64,000 nt of DNA from Candidatus Krumholzibacteriia bacterium (GCA_963836185.1 CAWIIQ010000001.1:96001-160000), one strand, 5' to 3'; shown: positions 49,932 to 60,949, numbered from the stretch's first letter. Made by a program: numbers and translations. The notes: generated by a model not told the origin, from the sequence alone.

Positions 49932-50998
49932 TTATCGCCGCCCGACCTTACGATCTCGACTTTAGTGCTGTCCTTGAGGCTGCCCTTGCCAGTAGTGACG
50001 ATAGTGTCACCCGGCATGAGTCCTGAAAGGATCTCCACATAAGTCGTGTTCGTATAACCGAGGACTACACTGCGCCTGTAAACCGTACTGTCCTGGACGA
50101 CGAAAACGGCGGATTCGCGATCCTCGGCGATGATGCCATCTTTCGGGGCCAGTGTCGTTCCGGTGTGGACGTCGTAGACGATTTTTACGCGGGCGAACAT
50201 GCCGGGCCTGACGCGGCCCGTCGGGTCGTTGACCTCGATCGTGATCTTGACCGTCCCTGTGCCTGAGTCGACGATGGGGCTGATGCGTTTGATGTAGCCC
50301 TCGAAATCAATACCCCCGAGTGCGTCTATGTGGAGGACGGATCTCTGCCCCGGTTTCATCCTCTCGAGCTGTCTCTCGGGAACGTGAAGGATCGCGATTA
50401 TCGGATCGAGACCGCTGACCCTGAATATATTCTCGTTCTGGAGGACCATATTGCCGACCTTGACCTTCCTCTCGGCGACGACGCCGCTGATCGGGGTCTT
50501 GATCGACGTGTACTTGAGGCTCAGCTCGGCGAGGTCATATGCCGCCTTCTGGCGCTCATACTCGAACTGGACCTGTTGAAAGACTTCAGTGCTTACCAGC
50601 TGCTTCTGGTGAAGGTCCCTGTTGCGCTCGAAGTTGTTTTCCTGCTTCCTCAGGTCGGCCTTGGCCTGCTCGAGCTGGACGGAGATCATCTCGTCGTCGA
50701 GTTTGGCAAGGACAGCACCGGCCTTTACGAAATCACCCTCCTCGACGTAGAGCTCCTCGACAACTCCGCTGACCTTGGCGACGACACCCGTCTCTTCCTC
50801 AGCCTCGACAGTCGCCGTTCCTGTGAAGTACGCCGAGATGTCCCCCGTCTTGACTGCGCCTACCTCTACCGGCACGACCGGTTCCTTCTCCTCTTCGCCG
50901 TTCTCCTTCGACTGCGAATCTCCGCCGCAGCCGTATGACGCTATCGCGAGGATCATCAATACGATGAGCGCCGGCAGGAGCTTACTTGAGTTTCTCAT
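49928..50998 (-). CDS. RND periplasmic adaptor (MFP) lipoprotein
   Basis: ATG 50998 after GGGAGAG; lipobox SYGC; lipoyl halves, RPGMF. Confidence 0.9.
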   Translation of the reverse strand: MRNSSKLLPALIVLMILAIASYGCGGDSQSKENGEEEKEPVVPVEVGAVKTGDISAYFTGTATVEAEEETGVVAKVSGVVEELYVEEGDFVKAGAVLAKLDDEMISVQLEQAKADLRKQENNFERNRDLHQKQLVSTEVFQQVQFEYERQKAAYDLAELSLKYTSIKTPISGVVAERKVKVGNMVLQNENIFRVSGLDPIIAILHVPERQLERMKPGQRSVLHIDALGGIDFEGYIKRISPIVDSGTGTVKITIEVNDPTGRVRPGMFARVKIVYDVHTGTTLAPKDGIIAEDRESAVFVVQDSTVYRRSVVLGYTNTTYVEILSGLMPGDTIVTTGKGSLKDSTKVEIVRSGGDK

Positions 50999-51218
50999 TA
51001 CGGATTCTCTCCCTGGTGATTGAATTACGCTGTCCATACCAGATATACGGGTATTAATGACAAAAGTTGCATGAAATGCCGAAGTGTATGCTGTTGAAAT
51101 AATGTAAATTGGCGTGTTGCCGTTCCAGCCCCATACATGATAGGTTGTGGATATGGAGGCTAAATGAGAATGCGGTGAATATTCATCTGTTTTCCCGGGC
51201 TGATCGAAGGAGGTCGAC

Positions 51219-51557
51219 GTGAAAAGATCATTTCTCGTTATCGTCCTGGCCGCGGCGCTGTTTCCCGTGATCGCCGGCTGCGGAGGAAGCAGCGTTGAAA
51301 CAGGTATCGTCGGAGAGTGGAAGGGCGATACCGTCAAGCAAGACTTTCATTTCTACAGTGATGGAAAGGTGGAGCTGAACGATCTTCAGAACTCCATGTA
51401 TTCCGGAACCTACAAGATAACTGACGGCAGCACCCTGACCTGCACATTCGAGAGCCCGATATTCACGGAGCCGGTTGCGATGAAAGTGGAGATCAAGGGG
51501 GATAAGCTGACCCTGACCGCTGATTCAGGAAGAAAGGAAGTATATACCCGAAAGTGA
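51219..51557 (+). CDS. Small lipocalin-like lipoprotein
   Basis: RBS AAGGAGG; lipobox IAGC; IVGEW...GTY...YTRK. Confidence 0.7.
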   Translation: MKRSFLVIVLAAALFPVIAGCGGSSVETGIVGEWKGDTVKQDFHFYSDGKVELNDLQNSMYSGTYKITDGSTLTCTFESPIFTEPVAMKVEIKGDKLTLTADSGRKEVYTRK

Positions 51558-51585
51558 TCGCGGACCATATTCATCTGAAGACGCA

Positions 51586-52611
51586 GTGCGGGTATTACTA
51601 GGTGGCGGAACAGAGAAGGCGGAGTCGCTGTACCGGGACGCGGAGCTCAGCGCGATCAAATCGCACCTCTTCAATGACACGCGCCTCCTTCAGCAGCAGG
51701 CCGGCAAGAACAAGGTGGATAAGTACGCTCCCAAGACGCTGGCCCGGTCATTGACTCTCCTGGAGCAGGCCGAAACGGCGCTCGAGCAGAACCGGTACGA
51801 CACGGATCGTCCGCGTACTCTGGCCAGGGAGGCGATGTACGAGGCGAAACACGCGATCCATATTTCCGAAATAGTCAGCAACATGGAGAAACGGAAAGTA
51901 ACTACCGAGGACCTGATCCTGAACTCGGAGGTCCCGCTCAGGAGGATTGCGTCAAGCATCGGCGTAACGGCCCTGTTCGATGAGGGATACGAGAAGACGA
52001 CAGGGCATGGTCCTTGAATATATCGAGGCCGAGCGGACAGCGGTCGAGCGGTCGAGCCAGGAGATCGCGGATAAGAATCAGCTTATCGCAGACCTGGAGG
52101 AGCATATCGCCTCGATGGAGGCCAAGCTTGGCGGGGCGAAGGAAGAGCAGACCGTCCTCAATGAACGCATCAGCGCCCAGGAAGAGGCGCGAAAGAAGTT
52201 CGGACAGGTCGAGAATATTTTCGACAAGTCCGAAGCGAGGGTGCTGCGGGAAGGCAATACCATCATAATCCGCCTGATAGGCATGAACTTCGAGGTCGGT
52301 CAGTCCACGATCCGCTCCGCGAACATTTCGGGTTGTTATCAAAGGTCCAGGAAGCGATCATGGTCTTCCCGAAATCCGATGTACGGGTAGAGGGCCATAC
52401 TGACTCTTACGGTACGGACGAAGCGAACCTCAAGCTCTCGGAGGAACGTTCGGAGGCGGTGAGGCTTTATCTCACAGCCAATATGGGAAGCGGAGCTCCG
52501 AAGATAACATCTGTGGGTTACGGCGAGACGCGTCCTATCGCGAACAATGAGACAGCTGATGGAAGGGCGAAGAACCGCAGGATCGATATTGTCATCGTTC
52601 CGCAGATGTAG
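51586..52611 (+). pseudogene. Coiled-coil OmpA-family protein, apparently 5'-truncated, with two frameshifts (about 52004 and 52320)
   Basis: Three frames join into coiled coil + VEGHTDS...N.KLSEERSEAV...GRAKNRRID; no signal peptide or RBS. Confidence 0.7.
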
Positions 52612-52641
52612 GAGAATGGATCCGGGGACAGGAGGCACAGG

Positions 52642-52758
52642 ATGGGAGACAGAGGCGGTAAGAAGGACAAGAACAAGCATAAGAAACAGGACAAGAGCAA
52701 GCGGGATAGGAAGGCTCAGGACAAGAAGGACAAGCAACCGAAGAGAATCCCCAAATAA
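52642..52758 (+). CDS. Tiny Lys-rich protein, 38 aa (not in ORF track)
   Basis: AGGAGG 7 nt before ATG; MGDRGGKKDKNKHKKQDKSKRDRKAQDKKDKQPKRIPK*. Confidence 0.65.
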   Translation: MGDRGGKKDKNKHKKQDKSKRDRKAQDKKDKQPKRIPK

Positions 52759-52785
52759 AGGGAGGGGGATCCTGTCTGTTATCTG

Positions 52786-52813
52786 TTGACAAACGCCGCT
52801 GACAGATTATCTT
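52786..52813 (+). promoter_or_regulatory. Possible typA promoter
   Basis: TTGACA-16 nt-TATCTT. Confidence 0.45.
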
Positions 52814-52914
52814 TCGGCACGATTGGAAAACCAGCCGCTCCCATTCCTTGAAAATGGTTCGATGTCCAGGCCAGATATGGCCCGTCGGGGAGCCGGCGAT
52901 TTCCGGAGCTGTTT

Positions 52915-54768
52915 ATGAGCAGAAGTGTTGAAAATAAGAATATCAGGAATATCGCCATAATCGCACACGTCGATCACGGGAAGACCACGCTTGTCGACGC
53001 GATGTTCAGGCAGAGCGGCCTTCTCCGTGTGGGGCAGGTAGTGGACGAGCGCCTGATGGACAGCATGGACCTCGAGCGCGAGCGCGGCATCACGATCGCC
53101 GCCAAGAACTGCTCCGTAATATGGAATGACGTTAAGATCAATATCATCGACACCCCGGGGCACTCCGATTTCGGCGCTGAAGTGGAGAGGGCCCTGTCGA
53201 TGGCCGATGGCGCCATACTTCTCGTGGACGCTTCCGAGGGCCCCCTGCCGCAGACACGCTTCGTGCTCAAGAAGACACTCGAGGCCGGGCTGAAGGTCAT
53301 CGTCGTGATAAACAAGATCGACCGTAAGGACGCGCAGATCAGCCAGGTCCTCAACGATATCTACGATCTCTTCATCGACCTGGGCGCCGGAGACGACCAG
53401 ATCGATTTCCCGGTCCTCTACGCGATAGGCCGCGACGGGATCGCCAAGAGGACTCTTGAAGAAGAGACGGATAATATCCACCAGCTGCTCGATGCGATAA
53501 TCGACGAGATCCCGCCGCCGGTTTATGATCCTGCGGAGCCGTTCCAGATGCTTGTCTCAGATCTCGGGTATTCAGATTTTCTCGGTCGCCTGGCGGTCGG
53601 CAAGATCGTTAACGGCACGGTTAGCTCGAACAAGCTCCTCGTCTGCATCAATGAAGAAGGCGAGCAGGTGCCGCTGAAGGTGATGAAGCTTCAGAAGTAT
53701 GAGGGCATGACTTACAAGCCTGCCGACTCGGCTGATGCCGGTGATATCGTGGTCCTCGCCGGGATCGATAACGTCAAGATAGGCGATACGATCTGCACGA
53801 GGGAGCATCCTAAGGCTCTGAAACGAATCACTGTCGACGAACCGACGATATCGATGCGGTTTACGATCAACACCTCGCCGTTCAGCGGCCAGGAGGGACG
53901 TTTCGTGCAGTCGACCAAGATACGCGAGCGTCTCTTCAAGGAGACCCTGATGAACGTCGCGATCCAGATGGAAGAGGCCCATGGCAGCGACAGTTTCATC
54001 GTGAAGGGGCGCGGAGAGTTCCAGATGGCGATCCTGATCGAGACGATGAGAAGAGAGGGCTTCGAGTTCTGCGTGGGCCGCCCGCACGTCATATACAAAT
54101 ACAAGGATGGGAAAAAGCTCGAGCCGATCGAACGTCTCTTCATCGACTGCGAGGAGGAGTTCCTCGGTGTCGTTACCGAGAAACTCGCGCAGCGCAAGGC
54201 GAGGATGGCCGACATCATCCACGACGACAGCGGCCGGGCAAGGGTAGAGTTCTCGGCTCCATCGAGGGCGTTGATCGGGTACCGCGACGAGTTCCTCACC
54301 GACACGAAGGGGACCGGAGTGATGAACTCGTACTTCGCGGGGTACGAGGAATACAGGGGCGATTTCGTGACCCGCCAGACAGGTTCGATCGTCGCCGACA
54401 GGTCCGGCAAAGCAGTCGCTTACGCTCTCTTCAATCTCGAGGCGCGAGGACGGCTCTTCGTGAAGCCGGGCGATCCGGGATACGAAGGGATGATCGTCGG
54501 TGAGCACAACAGGGAAAACGACATCAATGTCAACCACTCGAAAGAGAAGAAGCTGTCGAACATGAGAGCTGCCGGCAAGGACGCCGCGGTGGTCCTCACC
54601 CCGGTCAAGCCGATAACAATAGAGAGGGCTATCAACTTCATTCGCGACGACGAGATGGTCGAGATAACGCCGAAATCAATCCGGCTGAAGAAGATAATTC
54701 TTTCCGCAATGACCAGAAGGACCCTCAAGCCGGATACATTGGCCGGCAACGGCCAGCGCCCGATGTAA
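52915..54768 (+). CDS. typA: Translational GTPase TypA/BipA
   Basis: IRNIAIIAHVDHGKTTLVD, ERERGITI, DTPGH, GRGE...LIETMRREG. Confidence 0.97.
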   Translation: MSRSVENKNIRNIAIIAHVDHGKTTLVDAMFRQSGLLRVGQVVDERLMDSMDLERERGITIAAKNCSVIWNDVKINIIDTPGHSDFGAEVERALSMADGAILLVDASEGPLPQTRFVLKKTLEAGLKVIVVINKIDRKDAQISQVLNDIYDLFIDLGAGDDQIDFPVLYAIGRDGIAKRTLEEETDNIHQLLDAIIDEIPPPVYDPAEPFQMLVSDLGYSDFLGRLAVGKIVNGTVSSNKLLVCINEEGEQVPLKVMKLQKYEGMTYKPADSADAGDIVVLAGIDNVKIGDTICTREHPKALKRITVDEPTISMRFTINTSPFSGQEGRFVQSTKIRERLFKETLMNVAIQMEEAHGSDSFIVKGRGEFQMAILIETMRREGFEFCVGRPHVIYKYKDGKKLEPIERLFIDCEEEFLGVVTEKLAQRKARMADIIHDDSGRARVEFSAPSRALIGYRDEFLTDTKGTGVMNSYFAGYEEYRGDFVTRQTGSIVADRSGKAVAYALFNLEARGRLFVKPGDPGYEGMIVGEHNRENDINVNHSKEKKLSNMRAAGKDAAVVLTPVKPITIERAINFIRDDEMVEITPKSIRLKKIILSAMTRRTLKPDTLAGNGQRPM

Positions 54769-54802
54769 CCCTCGTTTTAACTCTAACGCTCACTTCAGAA
54801 GG

Positions 54803-54892
54803 CTACTTGGCTTTCTTCTCTTTTCTTTTTTCCTTCAGGCTCTTGGTGGGCTTTTTCTTGGTCTCTTTCTTGGTGCTCTTTTCTTTTCCCAT
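54803..54892 (-). CDS. Tiny Lys-rich protein, 29 aa (not in ORF track)
   Basis: GGAGGT RBS; MGKEKSTKKETKKKPTKSLKEKRKEKKAK*; 23 nt downstream of the glnS stop. Confidence 0.7.
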   Translation of the reverse strand: MGKEKSTKKETKKKPTKSLKEKRKEKKAK

Positions 54893-54915
54893 TATCTGAC
54901 CTCCAGGTCTGCTGC

Positions 54916-56625
54916 TTACTTGTTCTTTATCTTCGCCCAGGTGTCCCGCAGCGGGACGGTCCTGTTGAAGACCAGGGCACCTGCCGTTGAATCTGTATCT
55001 TCGCAGAAATAGCCGTGCCGGAGAAACTGAAAATGTCTGCCGGGGCTCGATTCCTTCAGTGAGGGTTCGACCTTGCAGCTGGTAAGTTCTTCCAGGGCAT
55101 CGGGATTGACGTAATCCATGAAGGTCTCGCCCTCCTCGACATCATCGGGATTTTCCTTCGTGAAGAGCCGACCGTACAGCTTGACTGTCGCGTCAGCGGC
55201 GTGCCTGGCCGATACCCAGTGCAGTGTCCCCTTGACCTTCCTGCCGTCGGGGGCGTCGCCCCCCTTTGTCTCCGGGTCGTATGTGCAGCGCAGCTCTGTG
55301 ACTTCGCCCTTGTCGTCCTTGACTGCTTCGTTGCAAGTGATGAAGTAGGCATGTTTCAGCCTTACTTCACGGCCGGGAGCGAGGCGGAAGAACTTGCGCG
55401 GCGGATCCTCCATGAAATCCTCGCGTTCTATATACAGTTCGCGCGAGAAAGGGAGTGTCCTCGTGCCCATCGACTCGTCCTCGGGATTGTTGATCGCCTC
55501 GAGTTCCTCTTCCTTGTCCTCGGGGTAGTTCTCGATAACGACCTTCAGCGGGTTAAGCACTCCCATGAACCTAGGGGCTCTCTTGTTGAGGTCCTCGCGG
55601 AGGCAGTGGTCGAGAAGGTCTATCGAGACCCTGTTGTCCTTTTTGGCGACCCCGATCGTCGCGGCGAAGTTCCTTATCGACTCGGGTGTGTAGCCGCGCC
55701 GCCGCAGCCCCGAGATCGTCGGCATCAGGGGATCGTTCCAGCCTGAGACCTTGCCTTCCTCGACGAGCATGAGGAGCTTGCGCTTGCTCATGATCGTATA
55801 TGTGAGGTTGAGCCTGGCGAACTCTATCTGGCGTGAGGGGAATATCCCGAGCTCCCGAAGGTACCAGTCGTAGAGGGGGCGATGCGCCTCGAACTCGAGG
55901 GTGCAGATCGAGTATGTGATTCTCTCGATCGAGTCGCTGCAGCCGTGTGCCCAGTCGTACATCGGGTAGATGCACCAGTCGTCGCCGGTGCGGTGATGCG
56001 TGGCGCGCAGGATACGGTACATGACCGGGTCGCGCATGTTGATGTTCCCGGCGGTCATGTCGATCTTCGCGCGAAGTGTCCTCGACCCGTCCTCGAACTC
56101 GCCGGCACGCATCCGCTTGAAGAGGTCGAGGTTCTCCTCGACGCTTCTGTTTCTGAAGGGGCTTTCGCTGCCAGGCTCGGTCAACGTCCCGCGGGTCTTC
56201 CTGACCTCTTCGGCGGTCAGGTCGCAGACGAAAGCCTTGCCGTCATTTATCAGCTTAAGGGCGAACTCGTAGAGCTGCTCGAAGTAGTCCGATGCGTAGT
56301 ATTCGCGGTCGTCCCAGGAGAATCCGAGCCAGTGCACGTCTTCCCTGATCGAGTCGACGTACTCGACATCCTCTCTGCTCGGGTTCGTATCGTCGAACCT
56401 CAGGTTGCAGAGGCCTGCATACTGCTTCGCGATCCCGAAATTGAGGCAGATCGATTTCGCGTGCCCTATATGGAGGTAGCCGTTCGGCTCGGGCGGGAAC
56501 CTCGTATGGACCCTTCCATCATGCTTCCCGGTCTTTATGTCGTCCTCGATTATCGCCCTGATGAAGTCGACGGAGCGTGATTCCTCTCCATCGGTTTCAG
56601 GCGGATTCTTTTTATTTTCATCCAT
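54916..56625 (-). CDS. glnS: Glutamine--tRNA ligase
   Basis: [39 protein letters not shown]; ATG at 56625. Confidence 0.96.
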   Translation of the reverse strand: MDENKKNPPETDGEESRSVDFIRAIIEDDIKTGKHDGRVHTRFPPEPNGYLHIGHAKSICLNFGIAKQYAGLCNLRFDDTNPSREDVEYVDSIREDVHWLGFSWDDREYYASDYFEQLYEFALKLINDGKAFVCDLTAEEVRKTRGTLTEPGSESPFRNRSVEENLDLFKRMRAGEFEDGSRTLRAKIDMTAGNINMRDPVMYRILRATHHRTGDDWCIYPMYDWAHGCSDSIERITYSICTLEFEAHRPLYDWYLRELGIFPSRQIEFARLNLTYTIMSKRKLLMLVEEGKVSGWNDPLMPTISGLRRRGYTPESIRNFAATIGVAKKDNRVSIDLLDHCLREDLNKRAPRFMGVLNPLKVVIENYPEDKEEELEAINNPEDESMGTRTLPFSRELYIEREDFMEDPPRKFFRLAPGREVRLKHAYFITCNEAVKDDKGEVTELRCTYDPETKGGDAPDGRKVKGTLHWVSARHAADATVKLYGRLFTKENPDDVEEGETFMDYVNPDALEELTSCKVEPSLKESSPGRHFQFLRHGYFCEDTDSTAGALVFNRTVPLRDTWAKIKNK

Positions 56626-56740
56626 TTGAGGGTCTCCTGGTGGAAAAATAAGGGGGCCGCGGCCGGTGTGAACCGGCAGGCCCCGGCACTGCGGAATATT
56701 ACTCGAAAACAACCCTGAAATCCAACAGTTTCGATGCCGG

Positions 56741-57739
56741 TCAGCGGTTCTTCACAAGAGCGACGACCTGGTGGACCGCACTGATGGCGACAGGGATTAT
56801 AGATGCCAGGAGAGCGGTCTTTATCATTCCGGCGACCACGGGGTACACGGTCGTCTTGAAGAGGGCCGGATACTCGGGCGGAACGACCGGGCTCCCGTGC
56901 CACCCGGGAAGTACCCCTGTCAGGCCTGCGGTCATGGCGAGCCGGTAGAGAAGGATGCCCAGGAAGACAGTCAGCGCCAGCCGGAATATCCTCGCCGCCA
57001 TGTGCCACGTATTGGTTCGAAGTACGATGAGGTTCAGCGCCAGTGCCAGGATCAGGTAGAAGTCGAGCCAGAGTATCATCCGCAGGAATCCGTCCCCCAC
57101 GATAGGAACGAATATCCACTGACCCTCGTAATTGTTGATCACTCCCATCCACTCTCTGGCGAAGTTGAAGAGTAGCAGCAGTCCGGCGATTACGAAGCAG
57201 CGGACGATGAGCCCGGCCCTGTTGACTTTTATCGCCCCGGCAATGGGGGGCAGGCTTTCAGGGTCCCATTCACCTTCGGCCGTGCGCGGTGAGCCGAAAC
57301 GTTCTATCAGGGCGAAAACGGCCGTGACGAGCCCGAATATGAACAGCGCCCTGAAGGGGAAACGTCCCGTTGCGTCCAGGATAGCCTTCAGAAAAAGATC
57401 AGGGCCTACATTGCCCGATATCAGGTATGTCAGGATAAAAGCGAGCATTATCGCGTAGGCGCCTATGATACTGATCTTCAGTGTCCTTATATACGGCCTG
57501 TAGAGCCGGGGGCCTATCAGGCAGAGGGAGGGGGAGAGGTACGACTGCGCGATCTTTTTCGGTGGCCCGAACTCCTTCAGGACCACCGCGGCCGCCTCAT
57601 CGGGCGATCCGCCCGTCTCGCTGACCCTCGCGTCGATCGCGTCATCGATGGAGGAACCTATCTCCCTCGCTACATCGTCCCTGATATCGCGGGGCAGGTG
57701 CCGCCTTACCTCGAGTACATACCTGTCGACCAGTTCCAT
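56741..57739 (-). CDS. Membrane protein with N-terminal HAAS-like domain (PadR partner)
   Basis: LVDRYV.EV.RHLP...L.EFG.P..IA; LIGP.LY; several TMs. Confidence 0.72.
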   Translation of the reverse strand: MELVDRYVLEVRRHLPRDIRDDVAREIGSSIDDAIDARVSETGGSPDEAAAVVLKEFGPPKKIAQSYLSPSLCLIGPRLYRPYIRTLKISIIGAYAIMLAFILTYLISGNVGPDLFLKAILDATGRFPFRALFIFGLVTAVFALIERFGSPRTAEGEWDPESLPPIAGAIKVNRAGLIVRCFVIAGLLLLFNFAREWMGVINNYEGQWIFVPIVGDGFLRMILWLDFYLILALALNLIVLRTNTWHMAARIFRLALTVFLGILLYRLAMTAGLTGVLPGWHGSPVVPPEYPALFKTTVYPVVAGMIKTALLASIIPVAISAVHQVVALVKNR

Positions 57740-57752
57740 ATCATTCTCCTTT

Positions 57753-58091
57753 TCAGCCCGACAGCAGGCGTTTCATCACATCGCCGAGCTCTTTCCATTC
57801 AGTCGTCGCCTCGGCAAGGGCCTTCCTGCCCTTCGGCGATATGCTGTAGTAACGTCTCGGCCTGCTACCTTCGACCTTCCAGCTGCTTTTAAGCAGCCCC
57901 TGTGACTCGAGACGGCGAAGGAGGGGATAGAGCGTACCCTCGTTGATATCGAGACCCTTTGCGGCAAGCTTCTCCCTCAGAGAATACCCGTAGTGTTCTT
58001 CCGTGAGCTGGCTGAGGATAGCGATCACGAGCGCCCCTCTTCTGAGCTCGTGAGTGATGCTTCCCGCGGTTATGCCGTCTTTCTTCTTCAT
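57753..58091 (-). CDS. PadR family transcriptional regulator
   Basis: ELRRG, YGY, EGTLYPLLRRLE, RRYY. Confidence 0.92.
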   Translation of the reverse strand: MKKKDGITAGSITHELRRGALVIAILSQLTEEHYGYSLREKLAAKGLDINEGTLYPLLRRLESQGLLKSSWKVEGSRPRRYYSISPKGRKALAEATTEWKELGDVMKRLLSG

Positions 58092-58132
58092 ATTGTGTGA
58101 TACATAATACTGTGTATTGCACAGTAAGTCAA
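58091..58132 (-). promoter_or_regulatory. padR promoter with two tandem palindromic operators
   Basis: Minus strand TTGACT-17 nt-TATTAT; TACTGTG-N5-CACAGTA (58108-58126) and TATTGTG-N5-CATAATA (58091-58109). Confidence 0.75.
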
Positions 58133-58163
58133 GAAAAATTTTCCGGGGGTTCCGGACCGGACA

Positions 58164-59991
58164 TTATTCGTACTTCAGGACCCTGGGAGCTCCCGGGGAG
58201 AGGAAGGGGATATTTATGTTTCTTACCGCCTCAAATCTGAACAGCTGGGTATCCGCGCCCTCCGGCACCACGGGGTGGAACATGAAGCGCGCCTCGAAGG
58301 CATCGAAGATCAGCCTCTCGTTATGGACCCTCAGTCCGCCGCCGAGGCTGTAGTAGAACTTCGTGTCGAGGAACGAGTTCCATTCCGGCCCGCACTGCCC
58401 CGCCTGGGCGTATCCGAAGGAGGCGAACCTGAAGCCGTACCAGTCCCAGTCTGCGAAGAGGACCCCTTCCCATCTGATGACGAGGCGCTCATGCCCCTCG
58501 ACTCCCGTTCTGGACAGGCCCCTCAACTCCCCCCGCGGATACTCGAGGGCGATGTCGTCGTTCTCGAGCCTGTTATAACCGTGTATATAGTCTATGGTCA
58601 GGAAATGTCTCCCCATCGCGCGCCATGCGGGAAGCAGGCTGGTAAAGCCTCCCACAGTCAGAGACAAGGTTCCGTCCTCGGTGCTCCCGTTCCGTGTATA
58701 GCTCCCGACCGCTCCCCTCGCTGCGATGTATCCTGAACTCCCGATGAATCTCGCGTACGCGAGATCGAAGGCGAGGTAGGGCCTCGTATAGAACTCGGAC
58801 ACGTTCGGCCCGCTCGTGACCGAAGCGAGGAGACCGTACGGGACATCTTCCGTGCGGCCGAAGCTGAAGACCATCCTCATCTTACGGAAGGAGCGTTCGG
58901 TGAGCGAAAGGTTCGCAAGATACAGTATCCTGTCCTGATAGCCCCGGTTATGATCAGGGCCCGACGGGGGGGCGGACATGATAGTCGGTCCTCTGGACTC
59001 TCAGCGCCGGAATTATCCTCATCCTGCCGCCCTCTTCGGTATAACCGGTTCCGATGCGAAATGACCGGCCGAGCCAGAAATCCTCGCGGTCCCACTTCTT
59101 TATCTTCCCGGGATTCTCGTCGTAGTCGTCCATTCCCTCGATGGAGACGGCGCCGGTCCACTTGATCTCGGGAGAGACAAATCCCCTTCTCAGGGCCCAC
59201 TCGTTGTATTTGTAGGCGACCGCGTCGACCCACCTCACCGATCCGTCGATGAAGGTGCCATAGATGTTAGGCGCCCCGTAGTAGATGGTATGGTCGATTT
59301 TCCTTTCCCTGCTGAGCTCGATGGTGCCTTCCCACTGGATAGTCTGGCCGTATCCGCCCAGGTTTCTCTCGTAGAGCTTTACCCTGTGGCGGTCCTCCGT
59401 TATCCAGGTGTATCCAGCGCCGATCGACCAGACGTCCCTCGTCAGAACCTGCACATCGACAGAATCAGCGCTGCCCTCGACGGGTACGACCCTGACCATC
59501 GCCTCCTGGATGAACGCTGTTTCCCTGAGCAGGCGCTCAGTGTCGGACAGGGCATAGGGATCCACGGGATCGCCTTCTTCAAAGAGGAGGAATCCGGCGA
59601 TCTTGCCTATCCTCGTATCTACGTGGATCCACTCAAGCGCGCGGACAAAGCCGGGGGACTCAGAATTGTCCGTTCCGACCTCGGTATCGCTGAAGATGTC
59701 ATACCTGTATATCTCGACATGCCGGATGAATCTGCCTACATACGGGACGAAGGGATCCTCGCTTTTGACGGCGTTCCGTCCGACACGGGCCGTATCTATC
59801 TTCGTTACAAAGACGTAATCGGCAAGATACCTGCCGAGGGAGTTTCTTTCCACCTGGGTCTGGAGCGAATCCAGATCCTCCTGGCTCTTCGACTTGATAG
59901 TGTCGGGTATTTCCCTTGTGAACTGGCCGGCGGCGGTCCCGGCGCACAGCGTCAGGAGGAGGATCACGTATATGCCGATTTTGGGTTTCAT
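58164..59991 (-). CDS. BamA/TamA-like outer-membrane protein (POTRA-like + barrel) with frameshift at about 58960-58972
   Basis: Signal peptide; SDTERLLR, TRDVWS, ERNLGG.G, ELRG, GLRVHNERL; frames switch at a G7/GGGCCC run. Confidence 0.7.
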
Positions 59992-60098
59992 TACAGGCCC
60001 GATTGTAACCGCAGGGGATCGGTTAAAAAAGTGCTTTTAAGCAGCGAAAGGGCTACAATAACATGCAGGATACAGTAAACAATGGAACGGAGAAGACC

Positions 60099-60593
60099 AT
60101 GAAAAATCAGATCAAATACTGGACAACGATGAAAACGCCCGTAGGGGAGCTGTTTATCGCCGGCCGTGACGGAAAGATAACAGAGGTCCTTTTCAGCAGG
60201 CCGCAAAAGGGTTTTCCGGGCCCGATGTGGGAGAGGTCCGACGAGCCGTTCGCCGATGTCAGGAAGCAGCTCGGTGAATACTTCAGCGGAAAGCGCAGGA
60301 AGTTCGAGCTCAAGCTCGCGCCGGAGGGCACTCCTTTCCAGCTCGCCGCGTGGCGGCAGCTGCGAAGGATACCGTACGGGAAGACGATCACGTACGGTGA
60401 GCAGGCCAGGAGGATGGGGAATCCGAAGGCCTCCAGGGCGGTCGGCGGAGCGAACGGAGAGAATCCGATATCGATAATCGTGCCGTGCCACAGGGTCATC
60501 GGGGCCGACGGCAGGCTGACCGGCTTCGGCGGAGGGCTTGGGAAAAAGAAGAGACTGCTCGACCTCGAAGGAGCCGTGGGCTTCAGGCGTTAA
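60099..60593 (+). CDS. ogt: Methylated-DNA--protein-cysteine methyltransferase
   Basis: GTPFQ, IPYG, RAVGGA, IVPCHRVIG. Confidence 0.93.
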   Translation: MKNQIKYWTTMKTPVGELFIAGRDGKITEVLFSRPQKGFPGPMWERSDEPFADVRKQLGEYFSGKRRKFELKLAPEGTPFQLAAWRQLRRIPYGKTITYGEQARRMGNPKASRAVGGANGENPISIIVPCHRVIGADGRLTGFGGGLGKKKRLLDLEGAVGFRR

Positions 60594-60872
60594 AGTGGGT
60601 CGAGGGAAGCGAGAGTAGCTCCCCAGCCGCCTGCGTCCTCGCCGGCCAGCCTGTACGATATCACGGATGGGAGGGATTTCAGAAGGGCGTGGATGGTCTC
60701 CCGCATGGCTCCAGTGCCCTTTCCATGGATTATCCGCACCTCCAGGATACCCGCGCGCGCGGCATTCCTCCAGGTAATGCGTAACGAGCTCCCTGGCCTC
60801 TGACGGCTCGAAGGTGTGAAGGTCGAGGGTTCCGTCGATGGGCAGTTCTACCGGTCCGGATCCGTTTTCCAT
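60590..60872 (-). CDS. Small Smr/MutS2 C-terminal domain protein with frameshift at about 60751
   Basis: IDGTLDLH; removing one G gives VRIIHGKGTG...GGWGAT to TAA 60590. Confidence 0.82.
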
Positions 60873-60916
60873 GCCTCTATATTCCTATAAATGAACCACT
60901 GATTCAATCACAGTGT

Positions 60917-60945
60917 TTGATTTTTTGGCGCTTCGGTGGTACTTT
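60917..60945 (+). promoter_or_regulatory. Sigma70 promoter upstream of the structured leader and PPIase
   Basis: TTGATT-17 nt-TACTTT with extended TG. Confidence 0.55.
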
Positions 60946-60949
60946 ACAG

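Noticed and set aside
50999-51337. 113-aa N-terminal extension of the MFP in the ORF track
   Set aside because: It overlaps the divergent lipoprotein gene; the signal peptide and RBS place the start at 50998
59991-60872. 293-aa ORF spanning ogt on the minus strand
   Set aside because: Artefact of the Smr frameshift; only the first ~41 codons are Smr-like
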